Assembly: GCA_044222475.1 (NCBI GenBank)
Contig: JBGANF010000022.1
Coordinates: 16,134 to 80,133 of the forward strand
DNA from: Polyangiaceae bacterium
Lineage (GTDB): Bacteria; Myxococcota_A; Polyangia; Polyangiales; Polyangiaceae
Direction: 5' to 3'
DNA: 64,000 bases
Made by a program: the position numbers and the translations under genes
In this document: one piece after another, positions 48,435 to 58,177 of the stretch
How positions within the stretch are numbered: position 1 is the stretch's first letter
Layout of the letters: every line of letters starts with the position of its first letter
The notes under the pieces: generated by a model
What the model was told of the DNA's origin: nothing
What the model saw: the letters and a program-made list of their open reading frames with translations, nothing else
Database searches by the model: none

Positions 48435-49454
48435 TCAGCTCGGTCCCGCGAGGGCCGCCGGCACGTCGACCCCTTGCGGCGCCCAGCGGAGGGCGGTTCG
48501 AGGTGGAGGCACGATCGCGTCGCCGGATGCATGCGCTCTCCACATGATGCCGCCGGCGTCCGTCGCGGTGTCGGCGGGCCCGAGCACTCCTCCGAGGCCC
48601 GCGTCGTACGCGGCCATCGAATAGAGGAGACCGGGCACGTGGTCCGCGGATGGATGCTCGAACGGGAGCGCGGCCTCGTGGTCGGTCACGCCGACTTGCT
48701 CCATGCCGACGGTATCGAACAGCAACCAGTCGCCTCCGAGATCGCGAGGCCGGAAGAGCCGCACGTTGGCCCAGGCATCCACGCCGAGGCCTTCCCCGGC
48801 GAAGTCGCGATCGAGGACGGTCGCGAGCCTTTCCTTCAAGAGCAGAAGCTCGCCGTTCGGATTGAAGCCGCACGTCGCCCCCGGCGCGTCGAGCAGCGCG
48901 TGTTGGACCTGCGTGACGAACCGCAGCTCGTCGATGGGATCGCGATCGCTGGGGTGGACGGGCGCATCGGGACTGGCGCCGAAGACGTAGCTCAGCCGGA
49001 CGCGCAAGAACGCGCGGTGACGCGTCGCCGCTTCCAGGATCATGGGCGCACGTACCCGTTGAATGGCCCTCTCCAGAGCGCCAGGAAACGTCGACGGGCC
49101 GAAGTGGCCCATCGCCCACGCCGCGAAGAGCGGAGCCGTGTCGTCGTTGGGTGCTCCCATGGCGTCCGGCCACGGTTGCGACACGACGTCGACTTGAACG
49201 AAGCCGTTCACCTCGGGCCGATAGGGGAGGATGAGCGATGGACCACCGAGCGCCCACCCGAATGGACCGGGAGCGCCGGGCGTCTCCTTCGACACGTCGA
49301 ATCCTGCGAGGTGCGGCGCGATGCGCGCGATGGCCGTAGGGGCATCGAGCAACACGCACACGCCCTGCGGGAACGTCCACCCGCGCGGGGGCCGAACCGC
49401 CCGCGGGCCACTCGTCACGGTGGCTCGGCGTTCGAAGCGGCGAACGGGCTTCAT
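48435..49454 (-). CDS. DUF4261-like hypothetical protein
   Basis: WANVRLF, DTVGMEQVGVTDHE. Confidence 0.65.
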   Translation of the reverse strand: MKPVRRFERRATVTSGPRAVRPPRGWTFPQGVCVLLDAPTAIARIAPHLAGFDVSKETPGAPGPFGWALGGPSLILPYRPEVNGFVQVDVVSQPWPDAMGAPNDDTAPLFAAWAMGHFGPSTFPGALERAIQRVRAPMILEAATRHRAFLRVRLSYVFGASPDAPVHPSDRDPIDELRFVTQVQHALLDAPGATCGFNPNGELLLLKERLATVLDRDFAGEGLGVDAWANVRLFRPRDLGGDWLLFDTVGMEQVGVTDHEAALPFEHPSADHVPGLLYSMAAYDAGLGGVLGPADTATDAGGIMWRAHASGDAIVPPPRTALRWAPQGVDVPAALAGPS

Positions 49455-49600
49455 CGGAACGACATAGCGTTGGAGCGCGACGCTAGCCAGCGTCAAGTCC
49501 GACTCGCGGGCCGGCACGCGTCGAGCACGCGGTGTCCGGTCGAGGGGCCCGTGGCGAATCAACAGGCGCGCGATGGACGAGACCGCGTAGCCTCTAGGCC

Positions 49601-50236
49601 ATGGCGGGGAGCTGGGACGACTACTGGGTCGAGCGGATCGCGTCGCTTTGGCCCAGTTGGGACCCGCTTCTCTGCCCGTTCGAAGGGCTGAGGTTGATTC
49701 AATGGGTGCCCAAGTGGCGTGAGCGCGGCGTGCGCCGCGTGCTCGTCGCGGGGTGTGGCATCACTCTGGTGCACCACGCGCTCGCTCACTGCGGGTTCGA
49801 AGCGGTCGCACTCGACGTGTCAGCGACCGCCATCGAGTTCCTTCGCACCCGGTCTCCCACGGATGCGCAGTTGCGCTTCTTCTTCCAGCTCGACGAGCAG
49901 GGCAACGCTCGCAGCGTCTTCGACGAGTATCGCGCACCCGGCGGGAGCGCCACCCTCGTGCAAGGAGACTTCCTCGATGCGCGCTGCGCCCCGGGCCCAT
50001 TCGACCTCATCGCAGCGTGGCGGTGCGTTCAGCATCTCGACGGCGATCCCCTCACGCGAGCGGTCGAAGCATTGGACGATCGCACCGGTGGCAACGGCAT
50101 CTGGGACTTCAGCGTTCAGAACGACCCCGCTCGCTTGAAGCACGTCACCCGTGTTCTCGAAGCGCGCGGCTACGCGATCAACCCGGAGATCTGGCCGAGG
50201 CGCCGCTTTCTGATCGGTGGCATCGCATCGGGGTGA
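49601..50236 (+). CDS. Class I SAM-dependent methyltransferase-like protein
   Basis: VLVAGCG, ALDVS, GDF, FDLI. Confidence 0.7.
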   Translation: MAGSWDDYWVERIASLWPSWDPLLCPFEGLRLIQWVPKWRERGVRRVLVAGCGITLVHHALAHCGFEAVALDVSATAIEFLRTRSPTDAQLRFFFQLDEQGNARSVFDEYRAPGGSATLVQGDFLDARCAPGPFDLIAAWRCVQHLDGDPLTRAVEALDDRTGGNGIWDFSVQNDPARLKHVTRVLEARGYAINPEIWPRRRFLIGGIASG

Positions 50237-50268
50237 CCGGGTCGTCCCAATCCGCGTAGGCTCGCCTC

Positions 50269-50646
50269 ATGAAGCTCGCTGTCGCTCTTCTGCTGCTCGT
50301 TCCCGTCGCCGCGGCCTGCTCGCCGGGCGCGAGCGACCCCTCGGCCGAGCTCGCCGCTCATCCGGACCGGCCGATCGCCCTCGGCGAGTGGTGCAAGGAG
50401 ATGATCCGCTCGACCTGCACCAACATGGGCGACCGTTGCGTCGGCTCGTCCGAGGTCACCAACGGCTGCATGGACACCGGCGTCGAGTCTTGCCTCGGTG
50501 GGCGCGACCCCGCGACTCCATCGGGTCACAAAGCCAAGGATCTCCGATCGTGCATCGGCGTCGCGAACCGCGCACCGTGCGACGGCTACCTCGTCGAGAT
50601 CTCGTCGCACTCCGAGTGCCAAGCCGCCGCGTCAGCTTCGCCGTAG
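50269..50646 (+). CDS. Cys-rich lipoprotein
   Basis: AAAC lipobox; 8 further Cys. Confidence 0.75.
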   Translation: MKLAVALLLLVPVAAACSPGASDPSAELAAHPDRPIALGEWCKEMIRSTCTNMGDRCVGSSEVTNGCMDTGVESCLGGRDPATPSGHKAKDLRSCIGVANRAPCDGYLVEISSHSECQAAASASP

Positions 50647-51516
50647 CGCTCGCAGCAGCGCCGCCGCCGCCGTGGGCGTGAGCGAGCCGTCGGCGACCTT
50701 CGCGAGGATGCGCTCGAGCTCGTCGTCGGTCGCGTCGCCCGCGGCCGAAGCGCTCTCCTCGGCCGCCTCGCTCGGTCGGCTGCGGTAGGGCCCCGCCTTG
50801 TCGTCCCAAGTTGGTACGACCGGCACGCTCGCGCGGTTGGACGACCGGACGCGGACGGCACCGACCTCGGTCTGCACGACGAGGACCGCGGTCGCTCCCG
50901 GGGCGTCGGGGTAGTCGACCTTGACCGCGCCCATCGTCGCCTTCGCGTCGACGCGCACGGGGAGGCCGCGCGCCAGCTCGAGCTTCACCGCGCCGACCTC
51001 GGCGCGGACGTGGTGCTCGCCGGGCTCCAGGCCGGTGATGTCCAGCCGAACCGCGCCGGCTTGCGACGAAACGTCGAGACGGCCGCGGACGTTCTGCCCG
51101 TCGATGCGTCCCGCCTCGGTCACGATGCGAAGTGCGCCGCCGACGTCGTCGAGATCGATCGTGCCGGCGTCGTTCTCGACCGCGAGGTCGCAGCCGTCGA
51201 GCCGCTCGACGAAGAGCCGGCCGGCCGAGATCGCAACGCGCGCGCGCACCGCGGCGGGGACGTGGAGGACGACGCGGTCCTTGCCGTTCCACATGCCGAA
51301 GCCCCAGTCTTCGCCGCCGATGCGGACGAACGTCTTCCCGTTCTCGCCGTGGACGCGAACGCGGTTTCTTCGTTTGCTCCGCACCTCCGCGAAGGGGCGC
51401 TCGCCCCGGCCGACCGGAACGATCGTGAGGTGAGCGAAGGCGGCGGTCACGTCGAGGAGCGGGTGCTCGTCGAGCGGGAGGACGAGCGTGGTGTCTTCGT
51501 TCATCGTGGTCTCCAT
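50632..51516 (-). CDS. DUF4097-like beta-repeat protein with C-terminal SHOCT-like helix
   Basis: Repeated ..AG.I/V strands; ILAKVADGSLTP..AAALL. Confidence 0.75.
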   Translation of the reverse strand: METTMNEDTTLVLPLDEHPLLDVTAAFAHLTIVPVGRGERPFAEVRSKRRNRVRVHGENGKTFVRIGGEDWGFGMWNGKDRVVLHVPAAVRARVAISAGRLFVERLDGCDLAVENDAGTIDLDDVGGALRIVTEAGRIDGQNVRGRLDVSSQAGAVRLDITGLEPGEHHVRAEVGAVKLELARGLPVRVDAKATMGAVKVDYPDAPGATAVLVVQTEVGAVRVRSSNRASVPVVPTWDDKAGPYRSRPSEAAEESASAAGDATDDELERILAKVADGSLTPTAAAALLRALRRS

Positions 51517-51902
51517 CACTTCTCCTTCTTGCGGCGGAGCCGCTTCGCAGCCTCGTCAGCGGTGAGCGTGCCTTTGGCGAGCGCGTCCAAGATCGCGTCG
51601 GGGGACTCGTGCTCGCGCGCCTCGTCGCGCGCGCGCGAAGCGGGCGGGCCCAGCGCGGCGACGACCTGCTCGAGACGCGCGACGACCGTCGGATAGGAAA
51701 TCCCGAGGCGTTGCTCGACGTCTTTGATCTTCCCGCGGCACTCGAGGAAGACCTCGACGAACGACTGCTCGTCTCGGCCGAGGCGGCCGAGACGACCGGC
51801 GGAGAACCGCCCCTCCACCGCAGTGTCGCAGCGCGCGCACGCGAGGCGCGCGATGTGGAGCGGACCCTCGCAGGCGGGACAAGTCGTCGGTGCCGGCCTC
51901 AT
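51516..51902 (-). CDS. DUF2089 family zinc-ribbon/HTH regulator
   Basis: CPAC..CARC, FVEVFL..RGKIKDVE..LGISYPTV. Confidence 0.88.
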   Translation of the reverse strand: MRPAPTTCPACEGPLHIARLACARCDTAVEGRFSAGRLGRLGRDEQSFVEVFLECRGKIKDVEQRLGISYPTVVARLEQVVAALGPPASRARDEAREHESPDAILDALAKGTLTADEAAKRLRRKKEK

Positions 51903-51924
51903 GGCTCTCGATACTGGATCTGCG

Positions 51925-52015
51925 AATTGATAAAATCAATCTACAGATTGAAATATTTAATCGAGCGAATATGACCCGGACGATATTGCGCGCCGATATA
52001 ATATCCGGGTAATAT
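51925..52015. promoter_or_regulatory. AT-rich divergent promoter region with several inverted repeats
   Basis: TTGAT-AAA-ATCAA, TCAATCT-AC-AGATTGA, ATATGACCCGGA...TCCGGGTAATAT. Confidence 0.7.
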
Positions 52016-52628
52016 GAGGCCCATGGAACCCAACTTCACCGCGTTCGCCGGACATCGCTGCCTCGCGTCGGGGAGCCTCGAAGCCGTCGTCCGCGCGGCG
52101 AAGGCCTACGCCGACCGCACCGAGCGCGACTCGCACGCCGAGCCGTTGCTCGTGTTCGAGGATCGCACCGGCAACCAAGTCGACTTCGATCTTCGCGGCA
52201 CTCCCGACGAAGCGGTGCGACGGCTCGAAGAGCACCCGCTCTTCGCACGGACCGCCGAACCGAAGCGCACCGGACCGGGTCGACCGAAGCTCGGCGTCGT
52301 CGCGCGCGAGGTGACGCTCCTCCCGCGCCACTGGGCGTGGCTCGAAGCGCAGCGTGGCGGAGCGTCGGCCGCGCTGCGCACGCTCGTCGAGGAAGCCACG
52401 AAGCGCGATCAGCGACCGACGCTCGCGCGCAAGGCGCGCGAGGCGGCCGGCAAGATGATGTGGAGCCTCGCGGGAAATCTTCCGCGCTTCGAGGAGGCGT
52501 CGCGCGCGCTATGGGCGAAGGACGACGCGCGCCTCGCGAGTCAGATGCGCGGTTGGCCGAAGGACGTGCGAACGCACGTCGAACGCCTCGTCGCCGAGGC
52601 GTCGCGTCTGGAGGTCGCGAGCGACTGA
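52014..52628 (+). CDS. DUF2239 family protein
   Basis: TG.QVDFDLRG, GPGRPKLGVVAREVTLLPRHW.WL..Q.GGASAALR.LVE, AGNLP.FEEASRAL. Confidence 0.92.
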   Translation: MRPMEPNFTAFAGHRCLASGSLEAVVRAAKAYADRTERDSHAEPLLVFEDRTGNQVDFDLRGTPDEAVRRLEEHPLFARTAEPKRTGPGRPKLGVVAREVTLLPRHWAWLEAQRGGASAALRTLVEEATKRDQRPTLARKAREAAGKMMWSLAGNLPRFEEASRALWAKDDARLASQMRGWPKDVRTHVERLVAEASRLEVASD

Positions 52629-52632
52629 GCGC

Positions 52633-52962
52633 TCAGCGCGCGGCGTGCGAAGACGCTGCGGCGTTCGCGAAGCAGATTCGCTCGGTACCCTTCTCCTCGT
52701 CGCGGGTGAACCCCTGTGAGACGACCGTGACGTTCGTGTTTCCGCAGTGCATCTGCGCGGGGCAGTCCGCGGTGGTCTTGCACTTCGCGTAGCACTTGTG
52801 CGCGATGCAGACGTTCCCGAACTTGCATCCCGAGAGATCTTCACACTGCTCGCCGGTGGCGCCGCCGAGCGTCTGCTTCGCCGCCGCCACGACGCCGAGC
52901 GTGCCCGGGACGAGAACGAGAAGCGTGATGAGACCGATCTTCTGCTGACGACCCATCGCCAT
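52633..52962 (-). CDS. Small membrane-anchored Cys-rich protein
   Basis: N-terminal TM; 8 Cys. Confidence 0.7.
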   Translation of the reverse strand: MAMGRQQKIGLITLLVLVPGTLGVVAAAKQTLGGATGEQCEDLSGCKFGNVCIAHKCYAKCKTTADCPAQMHCGNTNVTVVSQGFTRDEEKGTERICFANAAASSHAAR

Positions 52963-52968
52963 CGTCGG

Positions 52969-53199
52969 CTACTTGCAGGTCCCGCCGCTACACTTCTTCC
53001 CGTTGCACTCGCTGTCGAAGTTGCACTTCCCGCCAGGCGCGTCCGAACAGGTTCCGCTGTGGCACTTCGCGCCGGCGTGACACTCGCTGTCGAAATTGCA
53101 CTTGCCGTATTCGCCGGCGTCTGCGGTGGGGATCCGGGCGCTGAGAGCGGCGACGGAGAGGCCGAGCCCGAAGGCGAACGTGAGGATGAGCTTCTTCAT
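52969..53199 (-). CDS. Small secreted Cys-rich peptide with two tandem repeats
   Basis: Signal peptide ending ADA; GKCNFDSEC twice. Confidence 0.78.
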   Translation of the reverse strand: MKKLILTFAFGLGLSVAALSARIPTADAGEYGKCNFDSECHAGAKCHSGTCSDAPGGKCNFDSECNGKKCSGGTCK

Positions 53200-53260
53200 G
53201 CGGATGTGGTACGCGCGCCTTGGCAGAAGCTCCCCACCAGGAAGGGGTACAATCGGCGCG

Positions 53261-56200
53261 ATGGAGGTAGGTGAGCTCGTAGCCGACCGCTTCGAGGTCG
53301 AGGCCGAAGCGGGGGCCGGCGGGCTCGGAATCGTCTACCGCTGCCGTGACCGCGCGAGCGGCAAAGACGTCGCGCTCAAGGTGCTCGACAAGTCGATGGC
53401 GCGCTACCGCGACCGCTTCATCCGCGAGGCCGAGCTCCTCGAGACCCTCCAGCATCCGTCGATCGTTCGTCACGTCGCCCACGGTGTGCTGCCGTCCGGG
53501 TCGCCGTACCTCGTCATGCAGTGGATCGAAGGCGAGGACCTCATGCACCGCCTCGCCCGCGCGCCGCTCACCCTCGCCGAGTCGCTCGCCGTCGCGCGGC
53601 GCCTCGCGTCCGCGCTTTCGGTCGCGCACGAGAACGGGATCGTCCATCGCGACGTGAAGCCGGCCAACATCCTCCTCCCGCAGGGCGATCCGACGAAGGC
53701 GGTCCTGATCGATTTCGGGATCGCACGCGCTGGTGCGGCGCCGCTCAAGATGACGCTCCCCGGCGGCATCCTCGGGACGCCAGGGTACATGGCGCCCGAG
53801 CAAGCGCGGGCCGATGCCGACGTCGACGCGCGAGCCGACGTCTTCTCCGTGGGCTCCGTCCTCTTCGAGTGCCTCGCCGGTCGCGCGGCGTTCGAAGGCG
53901 AGACCACCATGGCGATCCTCGCCAAGGTCTTGCTCGACCAGCCACCGTCGCTCCGCAGCATCCGCCCCGACGTCCCCGAAGCACTCAGCGATCTCGTCGT
54001 GCGCATGCTCGCCAAAGAGCGCGGTGATCGACCTGCGAACGGTGCGGCGCTCGTGCGCGAGCTCGAACAGGCCGAAGCCGGCGCGGCACCGGAGGCGCAG
54101 ACCGCGGCTCCGAAGAAGGGACTGACGACTCGAGAGCAGCGGATCCTCTCCATCATCGTCGCTCGGTTGGGCGTCGCCGCGCGACCAGGCGACACGATCG
54201 TCGACGGTCCTGCCGGATCGCAGATCAGGCCGCTCGGTCGCGACGCCGACGACACAGCGGCTCACGATCACACGCTCGCCGTGCCCGCCAGCGTCGACGC
54301 CGTGCGGAGCGCCGCCACCGGGCTCGGATCACGGGTCGAGCTCTTGCTCGACGGCTCGCTGATCGCGCTCGTGGAGGGCGATCGCTCCGCCGCCGATCAA
54401 GCCACGCGCGCCGTACGTTGCGCGCTCGCGATCCGCGGTGTCTGCGACAAGGGGACGTCGTTCGTCGTCGCCACCGGCCGCGGCGAGCTCGCGGGTCAGC
54501 TCCCGGTGGGCGAGGTCATCGATCGCGCATTCGGCCTCGTCAAAGACGCCGAGGGCGATGGCGTTCGGCTCGACGCGCTCACCGCGCGCTTGATCGAAGA
54601 TCGCTTCGAGGTCGCTCGCGACGGAGGCACAGCGATCCTCGTCGGCGAACGAACCGGCAGCATGCCACCGTCGGCGCTCGGCGATCGACCGACGCCGTGC
54701 GTCGGTCGCGATCGCGAGATCGAGACGCTGATCGCGCTCTTCGACGAGTGCCGCGAGCGACGCTCCCCGCGGATCGCCCTCGTCACCGGCGAGCCCGGCA
54801 TCGGCAAGTCGCGTCTTCGCGCCGAGCTCGTGCGCCGGTTGCGCCTTCGGAGCGAGCCGTTCCTGCTGCTCACCGGGAGCGGTGACGCGGCACGTTCGGG
54901 AGCGCCGTTCGCGATGCTGCGACAGGCGCTTCGACGGGAGCTCGGCGTCGATGACGGTGCTCCGCGCTCCTCCCAACAAGGCGCGATTCGCGCGCGCACC
55001 GAGAGGGCGGTCGAATCGAGCGAGGTCGCGCCGACCGCGGCCCTCCTCGGCGAGCTCGTGGGCGCGCCGTTCACCGACTCCGACGACCCTCGCGTGGTCG
55101 CGGCGCGCGCGGACCGCCAGCTGATGGGCGACGCGATGCGCTCGGCGTGGCAGGATTTCCTCGAGGGCGAGGCGCGCGCGATGCCGGTCGTCCTCTTGCT
55201 CGAGGACCTGCAGTGGGGCGACCGACCGAGCGTCGACTTCGTGCTGAGCGCGACTCGCGCTCTCGTCGATGCTCCGCTGTTCGTCCTCGCGGTGGGCCGT
55301 CCCGAGGCGCGCGCCGCCTTCGCCGATCTGTTCGACCTCCACGCGTACACGCAGGTCGGTCTCGGCCCGCTCTCGCGGAGCGCATGCGGCGAGCTCGGTG
55401 CCTTCATCCTCGGAGTCCAAGACTCTGCCGCGATCGACGAGGTCTCGACTCAGTCCGGTGGCAACCCGTTCTTCCTGGAGGAGCTGCTTCGCGCGAAACG
55501 GGAAGGGCGGAGCGGCGCGCTCCCCGAGACGGTGCTCGCGATGGCACAGACCCGCATCGACGCGCTCGGGCCCGAGGCGCGACGGGCCGCGCGAGCCGCG
55601 AGCGTGCTGGGCGACGATCTCTGCGACGAGGGTCTCGGCACGCTGCTGGGCCGCGACGAGGCGACGACGTCGCGACTGATCGCGGAGCTCATGCGCGCCG
55701 ACCTCGTCGTGCGTCGTCCGGGTGCGAAAGGTTTCTACGAGTTCCGGCAAGGACTGTTTCGTGACGCGGCCTATGCGTCGCTGACGAACGAAGATCGCCT
55801 CCTCGCCCACGCTCTCGCTGCCGCCTGGCTCGAGAAGCGACCCGAGAGCAGCGCGTTCGCGCTCGCGCAGCACTTCGAGAAGGCGGGGCAACTCGAGAAG
55901 GCGTGCGAGCCCTACGCGACCGCCGCCGAGCTCGCGTTCGAAGGCAACGATCTCCAAGGAGCGATCGCGCGCGGAGAGCGCGCGCTCGCCTGCGGTGCCT
56001 CGGGTGAGCTGCGCGGGCGCATCACGTATCTCCTCGCGGAAGCCCATCGATGGGCGGGCGCGCACGCCCAGAGCCTCGTGTACGCGGAAGAAGCCACGCG
56101 CCTTCTGCCGGTGGGTCGCGAGGCGTGGATCGGAGCGCAGGTCCTCGTCGCATCGGCGAGCATCATGGGCGGTGACTCGGCACCGGCGGAGAGTACCGTG

Positions 56201-57190
56201 CGCACGCTCGCGATCGCGCTCGAGGCGGGGGATTTCTCGCCCCACGTCGTCGCCGCCGCGGCCCGCGTGTGGAGGTTTCTAGGAGTGCGTCGGCTCGAGA
56301 TCGACGCGCTCCCACGCCTCCTCAAGAGCTTGCACAAGGCGCGAACGAAGGACATCGGAGCGCGTGCCCTCGGGCTGGTGCTCAACACGCTCTCGATCGA
56401 AGCCGAGGCCCGGGGCGACGTCGAGGAGTCGCTCCACTACACGATCGAAGCGACGGCGTGCTTCGAGCGCGCCGGCGACCTGCGTACCGCGTGCCAATCG
56501 CGGAGCGGAACGGGCTACTACCTGATGGAGCTCGGTCAGTACGAGCGCGCAGCGGCGACGCTTCGCGAGTCGATCGCCGTCGCGAGTCGGCACGGGCTCT
56601 CGATCATCGCCGCGCTGTGCAAGCACAACCTCGGTCCGTGCCTCTTCGAGGCCGGCGACGTCGAGGGCGCGCTGCGGATCGAGCGCGAGGCCGTCGATGC
56701 GTACGTCGCCGAAGGCGACAAGCGACTCGAGGCGGCGTCGCGCTATTACCTGGGCTTGATGCTCCTCCGCACCGGTCGTCAGGCGGACGCGGAGCGGGAG
56801 ATGCGGGAGGCGATCGAGCGAGCGGTCTCGCTGCCAGCGCTCCGTGTGTGCATGGAGTCGGGGTTGGCGCACGCGCTGCTCGCGCGCGGCGCGAAGGAGG
56901 AAGCGCTCGCGGTCGCGTTCGCGGCCCACGCTCCGCCGGAGGCCAACGTGCGCCCCGAGCTGCCCACGAGCGTGCGTCTCGCTCTCCTCCAGGCGCTCGT
57001 CGCGAACGCCCACCTCGACGAGGCCCGGACCCGCGCAGCGGAGTGGTCGGCCGAGCTTCGTGCGCGAGCGTCGAGCTTGCGGGCGCCGGAGTTTCGTGAC
57101 TCGATGCTGACGCGCGTGCGCGAGAACGCGCGCTTGCTCGCGATCGCGGACGAGCTCGGGGCCGACGGCGCGGCTTCGGCAGCGGGCTAG
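53261..57190 (+). CDS. Ser/Thr kinase - AAA/STAND-like ATPase - TPR multidomain protein
   Basis: HRDVKPAN, DFG, GTPGYMAPE; GEPGIGKS, LLLEDLQW, GNPFFLEE; C-terminal TPRs. Confidence 0.92.
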   Translation: MEVGELVADRFEVEAEAGAGGLGIVYRCRDRASGKDVALKVLDKSMARYRDRFIREAELLETLQHPSIVRHVAHGVLPSGSPYLVMQWIEGEDLMHRLARAPLTLAESLAVARRLASALSVAHENGIVHRDVKPANILLPQGDPTKAVLIDFGIARAGAAPLKMTLPGGILGTPGYMAPEQARADADVDARADVFSVGSVLFECLAGRAAFEGETTMAILAKVLLDQPPSLRSIRPDVPEALSDLVVRMLAKERGDRPANGAALVRELEQAEAGAAPEAQTAAPKKGLTTREQRILSIIVARLGVAARPGDTIVDGPAGSQIRPLGRDADDTAAHDHTLAVPASVDAVRSAATGLGSRVELLLDGSLIALVEGDRSAADQATRAVRCALAIRGVCDKGTSFVVATGRGELAGQLPVGEVIDRAFGLVKDAEGDGVRLDALTARLIEDRFEVARDGGTAILVGERTGSMPPSALGDRPTPCVGRDREIETLIALFDECRERRSPRIALVTGEPGIGKSRLRAELVRRLRLRSEPFLLLTGSGDAARSGAPFAMLRQALRRELGVDDGAPRSSQQGAIRARTERAVESSEVAPTAALLGELVGAPFTDSDDPRVVAARADRQLMGDAMRSAWQDFLEGEARAMPVVLLLEDLQWGDRPSVDFVLSATRALVDAPLFVLAVGRPEARAAFADLFDLHAYTQVGLGPLSRSACGELGAFILGVQDSAAIDEVSTQSGGNPFFLEELLRAKREGRSGALPETVLAMAQTRIDALGPEARRAARAASVLGDDLCDEGLGTLLGRDEATTSRLIAELMRADLVVRRPGAKGFYEFRQGLFRDAAYASLTNEDRLLAHALAAAWLEKRPESSAFALAQHFEKAGQLEKACEPYATAAELAFEGNDLQGAIARGERALACGASGELRGRITYLLAEAHRWAGAHAQSLVYAEEATRLLPVGREAWIGAQVLVASASIMGGDSAPAESTVRTLAIALEAGDFSPHVVAAAARVWRFLGVRRLEIDALPRLLKSLHKARTKDIGARALGLVLNTLSIEAEARGDVEESLHYTIEATACFERAGDLRTACQSRSGTGYYLMELGQYERAAATLRESIAVASRHGLSIIAALCKHNLGPCLFEAGDVEGALRIEREAVDAYVAEGDKRLEAASRYYLGLMLLRTGRQADAEREMREAIERAVSLPALRVCMESGLAHALLARGAKEEALAVAFAAHAPPEANVRPELPTSVRLALLQALVANAHLDEARTRAAEWSAELRARASSLRAPEFRDSMLTRVRENARLLAIADELGADGAASAAG

Positions 57191-57315
57191 GCTGGCGGTG
57201 GCTCGTGTGCGCGGTCGTGGGTGCTGTCGCACCCGTCGCCGAGCGTTCACGGTCGCTGCGGCAGCGGAGTCAGAGCGCGGAACGAGAGGGCTCTCGAATG
57301 ACCGAGGTTCACGGG

Positions 57316-57331
57316 TGGTCGCGTTGTTGCA
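57316..57331 (+). promoter_or_regulatory. Putative sigma54 promoter
   Basis: TGGTCGCGTTGTTGCA with GG-N10-GC spacing, upstream of 57358. Confidence 0.55.
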
Positions 57332-57357
57332 GTAGCTCGATGATGGAGGTGCTCTCG

Positions 57358-58173
57358 ATGAAGAAGGTTGCCGCCCTCTCCGTCCTCGTCGTCGTGTCGT
57401 GCACCGAACAAGCGTCCGGACCCTTCTCGTCGGGAGAGGCGCGCACCGCCGTCGAGACCGTCACCCTCGAAGCGCAGGGTGAAGGGCTCGCGCTCGGCAC
57501 CATCGACCTCGGGACGAAGGTCACCGCCGGTGCTTCCGGCGCGCAGGCGCTCGAGGACGTTCGCGCCTTCGTCGCGACGCAGGTGCCGTGCGCCTCCGTC
57601 GCGGTCGGGTTGGGCGTCGTCGTCGTCGACTTCGGCGCGAGCTCGAGCAGCTGCGCGTACCGCGGGCACACCCTCACCGGGCAGCAGGTGATCAAGGTCG
57701 TACGCACGAACGCGAACGCCATGGAGGTCGATCACGCGTGGAAGGATCTGTCGGACGGAAAGACGAAGGTGGGGGGCACCGCACAGGTGACGTGGACGGA
57801 CGGCTCACCGAGCCGCAAGGTGACGCACGACCTCACGTGGACTCGCATCTCCGACGGTCGCACCGTGCACGGCACTGGCGACGCGACGTTCGGCCCCGCG
57901 TCGAGCGGCGGCGACGTGAAGATCGTCGGCTCACGCGCGTTCGACACCGCCGGCTCGCACTGGGAGATGGCGACGACCGTGGGCATCACCTTGGCGTGGG
58001 CGAGCCCCGTTCTTCCAAGTGGCGGTTGGACCGTCGTCACGCCGTGGGACAAGAACTTGATCCTCGGGTTCAACCCGCGAGACGCCACCCACGTGAGGGT
58101 GACCGTCGGCGGCGGCCAGCAGCTGTCGTACGACTTCCTCGTCGACCAGGATGGCCGAGTCACGAACTTCTGA
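57358..58173 (+). CDS. Hypothetical beta-rich lipoprotein
   Basis: MKK..VVSC lipobox; GGAGG RBS. Confidence 0.78.
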   Translation: MKKVAALSVLVVVSCTEQASGPFSSGEARTAVETVTLEAQGEGLALGTIDLGTKVTAGASGAQALEDVRAFVATQVPCASVAVGLGVVVVDFGASSSSCAYRGHTLTGQQVIKVVRTNANAMEVDHAWKDLSDGKTKVGGTAQVTWTDGSPSRKVTHDLTWTRISDGRTVHGTGDATFGPASSGGDVKIVGSRAFDTAGSHWEMATTVGITLAWASPVLPSGGWTVVTPWDKNLILGFNPRDATHVRVTVGGGQQLSYDFLVDQDGRVTNF

Positions 58174-58177
58174 GCGA

